Assembly: GCA_965217775.1 (NCBI GenBank)
Contig: CBDCJH010000002.1
Location: forward strand, 1,664,001 to 1,728,000
Length of the DNA: 64,000 nucleotides
Reading direction: 5' to 3'
Source: Acidobacteriota bacterium
GTDB taxonomy: Bacteria > Acidobacteriota > UBA6911 > RPQK01 > JAJDTT01
Every line of letters starts with the position of its first letter. Position 1 is the stretch's first letter. Shown one piece after another: positions 45,325 to 53,552 of the stretch. The notes beneath the pieces were generated by a model. It saw nothing but the letters and a program-made list of their open reading frames with translations. It searched no databases and had not been told where the DNA came from. Both the position numbers and the translations under genes were made by a program.

Positions 45325-45482
45325 CAGTCCGTGGTGAAAGTCGCGCGAGCACCGAGACCGTTCCTGCGCCCGCCGGACAAGGCGCTCTGAGGGAGCATAC
45401 CGGGAGTATGTAACCGAGGAGCAACGTAGTCCGCCGGGATGCAGACCCGGTCGAATGCCGTGACGACTTATGCCACGGGCTG
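45325..45482 (+). repeat. MITE-like element family A, copy 1
   Basis: TIR CAGTCCGTGG..CCACGGGCTG flanked by TTAA; homologous to 58283-58441. Confidence 0.85.
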
Positions 45483-45571
45483 TTAACGTCTGGGCATGGA
45501 TCAGGAGTCGTGACCATCACGCCATGCCGGAACCTGGTGGGACCGGGAATCGGCGAGACCGGAAGGAGCGA

Positions 45572-46261
45572 ATGATGCGAAACCTCACTCAGTGGTTGTT
45601 GTTCGGTGTTTTCAATCTGACCGGGCTGGCCGGTGGCGTGGAGGTGATCCCGATTCACCATGGATCCCTCATTCTCAAATGGCAGGAGAAAGTCGTCTAC
45701 GTCGATCCCTGGAGCCGGGGAGACTACACGGGACAACCGCCGGCGGACCTCATCCTGATCACCGATATCCACGGGGACCACATGGATCCGGAGCAGATCT
45801 CCCGAGTCCGGAAGGAGGGGACGATCATCGTCGCTCCCGCGGCGGTGCAGAAGACGGTCTCGGAAGCCAGGGTCCTGAGCAACGGTGAAACCATTCGCCC
45901 CCTCGGAATCCAGGTGGAAGGCGTCGCCATGTACAACCTGAAACGGGGTCCCGAGGCGGGGCAGCTCTACCACACCCGAGGCCGGGGAAACGGGTACATT
46001 CTCACGTTCGGGAAAGAGCGTGTCTATATTTCCGGAGACACCGAGTGCATTCCGGAGATGAAGGCGCTGAAGGACATCGATCTGGCGTTCGTGTGCATGA
46101 ATCTCCCTTATACCATGACTCCCGAAGAAGCCGCCGAGTGTGTCAACAGCTTCCGTCCCAAGGCCGTGTACCCCTACCACTTCAGGGGATCCGACGTGAA
46201 AATCTTCAAGCGGATTGTGACCGCCGAGGGCGTCGAGGTCAGGGTTCTGGACTGGTACTGA
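45572..46261 (+). CDS. MBL-fold metallo-hydrolase (UlaG/beta-lactamase B3-like), with signal peptide
   Basis: VYVDP, LITDIHGDHMD, YISGDT, VYPYH; RBS AAGGAG. Confidence 0.85.
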   Translation: MMRNLTQWLLFGVFNLTGLAGGVEVIPIHHGSLILKWQEKVVYVDPWSRGDYTGQPPADLILITDIHGDHMDPEQISRVRKEGTIIVAPAAVQKTVSEARVLSNGETIRPLGIQVEGVAMYNLKRGPEAGQLYHTRGRGNGYILTFGKERVYISGDTECIPEMKALKDIDLAFVCMNLPYTMTPEEAAECVNSFRPKAVYPYHFRGSDVKIFKRIVTAEGVEVRVLDWY

Positions 46262-46283
46262 ACGCGGCCGTTCCCACTGGAGA

Positions 46284-46492
46284 CTCGATTCCCCACTTTC
46301 TCGCTACGATCATTCCTACGGCGCAGACTCATAGGAGCCTGCGCCGCAGAAATTGATCTACTGCGAAAGCGGTGAATCGGTCCATATTTCCTCGATTTCT
46401 CGGCGAATAGAACGACTATGCACCTCCAAATCGAGAAGATCTGGCCTCGATTCCCCACTTTCTCGCTACGATCATTCCTACGGCGCAGACTC
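46284..46492. repeat. MITE-like element family B (46335-46492) plus a tandem 47-bp right-end remnant (46284-46330)
   Basis: Perfect 47-bp direct repeat 46284-46330 = 46446-46492; 46335-46380 is an imperfect inverted copy; ATAG/CTAG flanks. Confidence 0.8.
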
Positions 46493-46987
46493 CTAGCCTT
46501 TTCTTTTTACGGCGCTGCCGCGACTGAGTGAGAGGCATCCGGTACGGTGCACGTCTCGCACCCCGTACACGCGCATGTTCTGGAGAAAACCGTTGATCTT
46601 ATCCGGATTTCCCGTGACCTCGAAAACACAGCTCTGAGGACTGGCGTCGACCACGCGCGCCCGAAAGACCTTGGACAACTCCAAGATCTCCCTCCGACTG
46701 GATTCCGTGACGCGCACCCGGATCAGGGCCATCTCGCGGGCCATGTGGACTCGCGGATTGTATGGAATCACCTTGATGACATCGATCAGCTTGTTCAACT
46801 GCTTGATGACCTGCTCGGTGCCCGGCACGTCCGTTTTTGTGGAAAGGGTAACGAGCGACATGGTGGGGTCGGAGGTCGGAGCGACGTTCAGCGTCTCGAT
46901 ATTGTAGCCTCGCTGACTGAACAGCCCCACGACCCGGGCCAGGACACCCGATCTGTTTTCGACCAGTAAGGAAAGCAACTGAACCAT
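46493..46987 (-). CDS. ilvN: Acetolactate synthase small (regulatory) subunit
   Basis: LLVENRSGVLARVVGLFSQRGYNIETLNV, QVIKQLNKLIDVIKV, REMALIRV. Confidence 0.93.
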   Translation of the reverse strand: MVQLLSLLVENRSGVLARVVGLFSQRGYNIETLNVAPTSDPTMSLVTLSTKTDVPGTEQVIKQLNKLIDVIKVIPYNPRVHMAREMALIRVRVTESSRREILELSKVFRARVVDASPQSCVFEVTGNPDKINGFLQNMRVYGVRDVHRTGCLSLSRGSAVKRKG

Positions 46988-47169
46988 GGCGTGTCCCCGT
47001 ATAAGCACTTTGGGCTCCGGAGTCAAGGCAGGAACGCTTACCGACTGATCCGCCAGTGTCCCATCCGACAACCTGCCACGGGATCCGCAAAGGCGTCACC
47101 CCGGACCGGCCCGGCGAACGCTCGACGTTCGGCGCGTCTCCGGGAACGAATATGGCAGAATGGCCCGAA

Positions 47170-49638
47170 ATGGCCACGACGATCAGTGCGGAGCCCTGGG
47201 AAACCTACTCGGCTCAGCGTCGCCTCGTCGAGCAGTCGTTTCGGTCAGACCTCTGTCCCGAGTCGGCTCTGGCGGACCTGACCCGGGCCATGGACACCCT
47301 GGTCTCTCAAGTCGCTCGGCGACACCTTCGATCAGGTGCGTTTTGCATCCTCGCCTTGGGCGGATACGGACGCCGCGAGATGTTTCCCCACTCGGATGTG
47401 GATCTCCTGCTGTTGTATCGGGAGGGGGACAGGGAAGACGCCGAGGACGCCATCAAACGTCTTCTCCACGACTTGTGGGATCTCCGTTTGGACCTGGGAC
47501 ACCAGGTCTGGTCCCTGGAAGACCTGAACACCCAGGGCCCGGACCTGGAGTTGGCCCTGTCCCTGTCGGATGCTCGGATCGTAACCGGGGACATGGCCTT
47601 GGGCAATCTCCTTCTCCGCAACTTTCTCCCCAGTTGGCACCAAGCCCAAACTGCGGAACTCCGCCTTGGGATCGACCGTCTGACACGGAAACGCCACCAG
47701 AGTTTCCAGAACACCATCTTCCATCTGGAGCCGGATCTGAAGGAGGGCCCCGGCGGACTCAGAGATGGCCTGACGGCCGGATGGCTGTTGAGGCTCCGGG
47801 GGGAGGCCCCCTTCATCCCGTACAGCCAAGAGCACATCGACGGCGCTTCCAGCTTCATGAAGCGGATGCGCATGTTGGTCCACCTCGTGCGTGGGCGCAA
47901 TCTGAATCGCCTCACGTATCGGCTTCAGGAAAAAATTGCACCCCTGGCGGGCTATGCATCCGAAGACGATCGGACGGGCGTCGAGTCCATGATGCAGGAG
48001 TACTATCTCAATGCCCGGGTTCTCCACGGGTATTGCCGCTACGGCCTGGTCCCGAAAAGACCGGTGGACCCGTCTACTCAGATCCACCTGGAGAAAGTCT
48101 CTTCGGAGCGAGCCGGCCCCATCATTCTCAAAGCTTTTCGAGATTCCTTGACTCAATCGAAACCTTTGAGTGACAGAGCCCGCAGGTTGATAGCCCGCAG
48201 GAGTTCCCAGTTGGCCGCAAGCTTGAGCCACCATCCCCAACCGGGATCGATAATGGAACTCTTTTCTCCGCGGCCCGGTCTCTACCGGACCCTGACGGAA
48301 ATGTACGAACTGGGGGTCTTGGAGGCTCTTTTTCCGGAATTTGGAAGCATCAAGGCCAAGGTCACGCGCGATTTCTACCATCAATATACGGTCGATGAGC
48401 ACAGCCTCATGGCCATCCGCAATATTGAGGAGTTGCGGGAAGGGGAGCCCGATGTGGACGCCCGGTTCGCGGCCCTGCTGGAAGAGGCGACCCATCCGGA
48501 GTTGTTGACCCTGGCCCTCCTTCTCCACGACGTGGGAAAGAGCCGGGAAGGGCGTCATGCCGACCGCAGCACGCGAATGGGGGCCGCGGCGCTGAGGCGC
48601 CTGTGCTTTCCCGCGGAATGCATCGAGGCCATCTCGTTTCTGATCCAACAACACTTGTCCATGACCAGAGTCATTTTCCGGAGGGACCTGGGGGACCCCA
48701 GGGTGATCGACCGCTTTGCCGACCGCGTCGGTGATCCCGATCGGCTCCGGCTGCTGTGTCTCTTGACCTACGCTGACATCAAAGCCGTCGGACCCGAAGT
48801 ACTCAAGGATTGGACCAGGGATCTCCTGTGGCAACTGTATGTCTCTGCTTACCGAAAACTCACCCTGGGTTTTGGCGTGGACTCAGTTGAAGAAGAGACC
48901 CCGAACCTCCTTTTCAAAGACCTGCCCGGCGACCTCGATGCCCGAGATTTCGGAAGGTTCCTCGAAGGACTCCCTCTCAGATACGTCAAGATCACACCTC
49001 ATTCCGAAATCTATGAGCACTATCGTCTGGCCCGAGGTCTGGGAACCGATCGGCCGGTGCGGTTGCGGCTGACCCGGGATCTCGACGGCTACAAGCTCTG
49101 TGTGGTCACTCCCGATCGCTTCTACCTCTTTGCCCGGATCGCGGGTGTCCTCGCCTCGTTCGGCATGAACATATTTCGTGGCTATGCCATGTCCAACCGG
49201 GCGGGAACGACTCTGGACCTGTTCCATTTCACCGACGCCCGCCGATGCTTTGCCCTGAATCCCAGCGAGAAACAGCGGTTTCGGGATTCGATCAGCCGGG
49301 TGATTCGGGATGACCGGTCCGTGGAGACGTATCTCAAGGGGAAGGGCAGACTCGTGAACCCGCGCTTTTCGTCCGCACGTTTTCGTCCCTCCGTCTACTT
49401 CGAGAATGAGCCCACCCGACGCTACACCATCATGGAACTCGTGGCTCCGGACGCCGTCGGGCTCCTGTACACCATCGCCGACCGGATCTCCTCCCTACGC
49501 TGCAACATCGATCTGGTCTTGATCAATACGGAGGGTGAGAGAGCCGTGGATATCTTTTACTTGTCGCGTGATGGGTGTAGAATTGGGCCCGGTTTACAGC
49601 AAGAACTGGAAGCTCAGATTCTTCAAGCGATAGGGTGA
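47170..49638 (+). CDS. glnD: [Protein-PII] uridylyltransferase/uridylyl-removing enzyme
   Basis: ALGGYGRREMFPHSDVDL, LEPDLKEGPGGLRD, YHQYTVDEH, LLHDVGK, two C-terminal ACT domains. Confidence 0.94.
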   Translation: MATTISAEPWETYSAQRRLVEQSFRSDLCPESALADLTRAMDTLVSQVARRHLRSGAFCILALGGYGRREMFPHSDVDLLLLYREGDREDAEDAIKRLLHDLWDLRLDLGHQVWSLEDLNTQGPDLELALSLSDARIVTGDMALGNLLLRNFLPSWHQAQTAELRLGIDRLTRKRHQSFQNTIFHLEPDLKEGPGGLRDGLTAGWLLRLRGEAPFIPYSQEHIDGASSFMKRMRMLVHLVRGRNLNRLTYRLQEKIAPLAGYASEDDRTGVESMMQEYYLNARVLHGYCRYGLVPKRPVDPSTQIHLEKVSSERAGPIILKAFRDSLTQSKPLSDRARRLIARRSSQLAASLSHHPQPGSIMELFSPRPGLYRTLTEMYELGVLEALFPEFGSIKAKVTRDFYHQYTVDEHSLMAIRNIEELREGEPDVDARFAALLEEATHPELLTLALLLHDVGKSREGRHADRSTRMGAAALRRLCFPAECIEAISFLIQQHLSMTRVIFRRDLGDPRVIDRFADRVGDPDRLRLLCLLTYADIKAVGPEVLKDWTRDLLWQLYVSAYRKLTLGFGVDSVEEETPNLLFKDLPGDLDARDFGRFLEGLPLRYVKITPHSEIYEHYRLARGLGTDRPVRLRLTRDLDGYKLCVVTPDRFYLFARIAGVLASFGMNIFRGYAMSNRAGTTLDLFHFTDARRCFALNPSEKQRFRDSISRVIRDDRSVETYLKGKGRLVNPRFSSARFRPSVYFENEPTRRYTIMELVAPDAVGLLYTIADRISSLRCNIDLVLINTEGERAVDIFYLSRDGCRIGPGLQQELEAQILQAIG

Positions 49639-49642
49639 ACCA

Positions 49643-49969
49643 ATGAAATTGATCATGGCGATCGTACGGCCCAGCAAGGTGGAAGAGGTCAAGGATGCGC
49701 TGGGCAAGCTGAACATTTCAGGCATGACCATCTCGGAAGTGCGCGGTCACGGCCGGCAAAAAGGACACACGGCCATCTACCGGGGCAAAGAATACAGTGT
49801 CACCCTCCTGCCCAAAATGAAGATGGAAATCGTTCTGCAAGACGATCTGGTGGAAGAGACCATCGAAACCATCATGGAGACGGCTCGCACGGGCGAAATC
49901 GGCGACGGCCGCGTTTTCGTGCTTCCCGTGGAGAGCCAGTACAACATCCGCACCGGAGAGAACGACTGA
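49643..49969 (+). CDS. glnB: Nitrogen regulatory protein PII
   Basis: GHGRQKG, T-loop YRGKEY (uridylylated Tyr), TGEIGDGRVFV, IRTGE. Confidence 0.93.
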   Translation: MKLIMAIVRPSKVEEVKDALGKLNISGMTISEVRGHGRQKGHTAIYRGKEYSVTLLPKMKMEIVLQDDLVEETIETIMETARTGEIGDGRVFVLPVESQYNIRTGEND

Positions 49970-50075
49970 CCCGGCTCCCCGCCGCTCCGCTACGGAAGCT
50001 TCACCCAACGGCGCCATGAGGCGTTCCGTCGACTGACCGGGAAGGGCGCGCAAGCGTCTGCTTCTTTTCCAACCG

Positions 50076-53000
50076 TCAACCGGTTTCGATCGTCTCACGG
50101 CGATAGGTCAGCAGCAGATCCTTGGTATTCACTCGGTCTCCCGGCTCCACCAGCAGTTCCTCGATCTCGGCTTCCCGGTCGGCGTAAAGCGTGAGTTCCA
50201 TCTTCATGGCCTGAAGCGTCAGGAGCTTCTCTCCCTGGGCGACTTTCGCCCCGCTACTCACCGAGACCGAGATGACCATGCCGGGCATGGGCGCGCCGAC
50301 GTGAAGCGGGTCGCCCGGGTCCGCCTTGGCCCGTTTTGATACCTGGGGAATAACGGACCGATTGGGAATCTGGACCTCCCTGGGAACGCCGTTGAGCTCG
50401 AAAAAGACGGTGCAGTTTCCCCGGGTGTCCGGTTCTCCCACGGCCATCAGCTTGATGATGAGCGTCTTACCGGGCTCCAGCTCCACCAGGACTTCGGCTT
50501 CCCGTTCCATTCCATAGAAGAAAACGGGCGTGGGAAGTACGGAGACGTCGCCGAACCGGGTCTGGTGCCCTATGAACTCTTGAAACACCTGCGGGTACAG
50601 GAGGTACGAAATCGTATCCCGCTCATCGAACTTGCGGCGAAGCCGCCCCTCGAGGTCATTTCCTACGCCTTGCAGGTCGGCGGGAGGCAGGGACTCGCCG
50701 GGCCGGCCCTGAATCGGACGCAGGTCTCCCAGAATCCGTTCTCTCAACCGGGCGGGGAACCCACCTTTCGGCGTCCCCAGGCGGCCCTGGAAGAAATCGA
50801 TCACCGACTCTGGAAAATCGATTTTCTTGGAAGATTCGGTGAGGTCCTGCGGAGCGAGATCGTTGGTCAACATGAAGAGCGCCAGATCGCCGACGACCTT
50901 GGAAGAGGGAGTGACCTTGACGATGTCTCCAAAAAGGTCGTTCACTCGGGCGTAGGTTTGCCACACCTCCGGCCAATTTTCCTCCAGGCCCAAAGCCGCC
51001 GCCTGCTGATACAGGTTGGTGTATTGCCCGCCGGGCATCTCATGCTTGTAGACATCCGCAGTTCCCGTCCGCAACGTCGACTCGAAGGCGCAGTAGTATT
51101 GCCGCACGACCTCCCAGTAATGAGCCGTTTCCTCCAGCCTTTCGGTGTCGAGACCAGGATCCCGGGGAGAAAACCGCAACATTTCCACGAACGTGTTGAG
51201 GCTGGGCTGAGAGGTCAGACCGGCCAACGGAGCCATGGCGGCGTCCACGATATCGGCTCCGGCTTCCACCGCTTTCAACAACGCCGCCATCTGCCCGCCG
51301 CTCGTGTCGTGGGTATGAAAATGAATGGGTATGCCCAGTTCGTTCTTCAGAGCCCGAATCAACTGGTAGGCGGCGTAGGGCTTGCACAGGCCCGCCATAT
51401 CCTTGATGGCCAGCATATGGGCGCCCATTCGCTCCAACTCCCGCGCCAGTTCCAGGTAGTAGTCCAGGGAATACTTGCTCCGATCCGGATCCAGAATGTC
51501 GCCGGTGAAGCAAATGGCGGCCTCGGCCACGCCCCCACTCCGGTCCACGGCTTCGATGGCGACCTGCATGTTGCGGGAATCGTTGAGTGAATCGAAGATG
51601 CGAAAGATATCGATTCCGGACTCGGCGGCGAGCCGCACGAACTCCTGGACCACGTTGTCGGGATAACTCGTGTAGCCGACGGCGGCTGAAGCTCGTAGCA
51701 ACATCTGAAAGGGAATGTTGGGGATGGCTTGGCGCATGCGGTCCAGGCGGTCCCAGGGGGACTCCCGCAAGAAACGCATTGCCGTGTCGAACGTGGCTCC
51801 GCCCCAGAGCTCGAGTGAAAAAAGATCGTTGTGACAATGGGCGTAGACGTCGGCGATCCGGCTCATGTCGTAGGTGCGCATGCGGGTGGCCAGAAGGGAC
51901 TGGTGCGCATCCCGGAGCGTCGTGTCCGTAATCAGCACCTCGGACTGATCTCGAACCCAATCGGCGAACTTCCGAGGCCCGTCCCTGAGGAGCCGAAAAC
52001 GATGGCCCTCGGGAATGGCACCAGCGGCCGGGCGCCAGGGAACCGGCGCCGGCCTGCGGTTGACCTTGGCATGAAACTCCTTGACCACCGGGGTTTCGTT
52101 GACCACTTGATTTCCCAGAAAGCGAAGCAGCCGGGTGGCTCGATCCCGGCGAGCCGGAAAACGGAAGAGGTCCGGAGTCTCGTCGATGAAACCAGTCGTG
52201 CACCGGCCGTTCCGAAACTCGGGATGGTCCACCAGATTGATCAGAAAAGGGATGTTCGTTTTCACCCCGCGGATTCGGAACTCTTGCAGACAGCGCTCCA
52301 TCCGGCGGACCGTTTCGGGAAACCGAAGGCCCCAGGCCGTGACCTTCACCAGGAGAGAGTCGTAGAAGGGGGTCACCGTGGCCCCGGAGAAGGCGGTCCC
52401 GGCATCCAGCCGGATTCCCGCCCCGGACGCCGACCGATAGTGGAGAATGCGTCCGTAGTCGGGGATGAACGAGTTCTCCGGATCCTCCGTCGTCACCCGG
52501 CACTGGCAGGCGTAACCGCGGACCTGCACATCGGACTGTCTGGCCAGTCCGATCTCAGGATGATCCAGAGCAAGTCCCTCGGCGATCAGAATCTGATGGT
52601 GAACCAGATCGACCCCGGTCACCTGTTCCGTCACCGTGTGTTCGACCTGGATCCTGGGGTTGATCTCGATGAAGTAGAACTGGTCCGTGTCCTGATCCAA
52701 CAGGAATTCCACCGTTCCCGCGTTGTCATACCCGATAGCCCGGCCCAGCGTCACCGCAGCATCGCAGATCCTGCTTCTCAACTCCGGCGCCAGATTGAGG
52801 GCTGGAGCCATCTCCACCAACTTCTGATGACGCCGCTGCAGGGAACAGTCACGCTCGAAGAGATGAACCAGGTTGCCATGGCGGTCCCCCAGGATCTGCA
52901 CCTCCAGGTGCCGAGCCCGGGACACGAATCGCTCCAGAAAGATCTCTTCTCTTCCGAATGCGGACACGGACTCACGCCGCGCTTCTTCAAACTGCGCTTC

Positions 53001-53552
53001 CAACTCCGCCTCTCGGGACACGACGCGCATCCCGCGGCCACCGCCGCCGTGAGCCGCCTTGAGCATGACCGGGTAACCCATGGCGGAAGCCAGACTCCTG
53101 GCCTCGTCCAGGTCCGACAGGGACGCCTCGCTGCCCTGCAATATTGGAACCCCCAACTGGGCCGCCATCGCGCGGGCCGCCGTCTTGTCGCCCAACTGCT
53201 CCAAAATCTCAGGCCGGGGACCGATGAACAGAATTCCGGCATCCGCACAGCCCCGGGCCAGCTCCGGGTTTTCCGAGAGGAAACCGTAGCCGGGATGAAT
53301 GGCGTCGACTCGCTTCTCCACGGCCAGCGCGATCACGTTGTCGACATTGAGGTAGGCCTGGATGGGATCCATGCCGGAGCCGATCAGATAAGCTTCATCC
53401 GCCTTGTACCGATGGAGGGAGAATCGATCTTCCTCCGAATAGAGGGCGATCGTCCGGATACCCAATTCATGGGCCGATCGAAAAACTCGAATCGCGATTT
53501 CACTTCGATTGGCGGCCAGCAGACGTTTGATTCGTGACTGAGGTGAGGCCAT
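50076..53552 (-). CDS. pyc: Pyruvate carboxylase
   Basis: ANRSEIAIR, ERDCSLQRRHQK, RDAHQSLLATR, IKDMAGL, HTHDT, biotin site AMKME. Confidence 0.97.
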   Translation of the reverse strand: MASPQSRIKRLLAANRSEIAIRVFRSAHELGIRTIALYSEEDRFSLHRYKADEAYLIGSGMDPIQAYLNVDNVIALAVEKRVDAIHPGYGFLSENPELARGCADAGILFIGPRPEILEQLGDKTAARAMAAQLGVPILQGSEASLSDLDEARSLASAMGYPVMLKAAHGGGGRGMRVVSREAELEAQFEEARRESVSAFGREEIFLERFVSRARHLEVQILGDRHGNLVHLFERDCSLQRRHQKLVEMAPALNLAPELRSRICDAAVTLGRAIGYDNAGTVEFLLDQDTDQFYFIEINPRIQVEHTVTEQVTGVDLVHHQILIAEGLALDHPEIGLARQSDVQVRGYACQCRVTTEDPENSFIPDYGRILHYRSASGAGIRLDAGTAFSGATVTPFYDSLLVKVTAWGLRFPETVRRMERCLQEFRIRGVKTNIPFLINLVDHPEFRNGRCTTGFIDETPDLFRFPARRDRATRLLRFLGNQVVNETPVVKEFHAKVNRRPAPVPWRPAAGAIPEGHRFRLLRDGPRKFADWVRDQSEVLITDTTLRDAHQSLLATRMRTYDMSRIADVYAHCHNDLFSLELWGGATFDTAMRFLRESPWDRLDRMRQAIPNIPFQMLLRASAAVGYTSYPDNVVQEFVRLAAESGIDIFRIFDSLNDSRNMQVAIEAVDRSGGVAEAAICFTGDILDPDRSKYSLDYYLELARELERMGAHMLAIKDMAGLCKPYAAYQLIRALKNELGIPIHFHTHDTSGGQMAALLKAVEAGADIVDAAMAPLAGLTSQPSLNTFVEMLRFSPRDPGLDTERLEETAHYWEVVRQYYCAFESTLRTGTADVYKHEMPGGQYTNLYQQAAALGLEENWPEVWQTYARVNDLFGDIVKVTPSSKVVGDLALFMLTNDLAPQDLTESSKKIDFPESVIDFFQGRLGTPKGGFPARLRERILGDLRPIQGRPGESLPPADLQGVGNDLEGRLRRKFDERDTISYLLYPQVFQEFIGHQTRFGDVSVLPTPVFFYGMEREAEVLVELEPGKTLIIKLMAVGEPDTRGNCTVFFELNGVPREVQIPNRSVIPQVSKRAKADPGDPLHVGAPMPGMVISVSVSSGAKVAQGEKLLTLQAMKMELTLYADREAEIEELLVEPGDRVNTKDLLLTYRRETIETG

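Noticed and set aside
46284-46492. 47-bp direct repeat as a mini-CRISPR or attL/attR pair
   Set aside because: Only two copies; the 115-nt spacer contains an inverted copy; no cas genes or integrase nearby; a MITE explains it better
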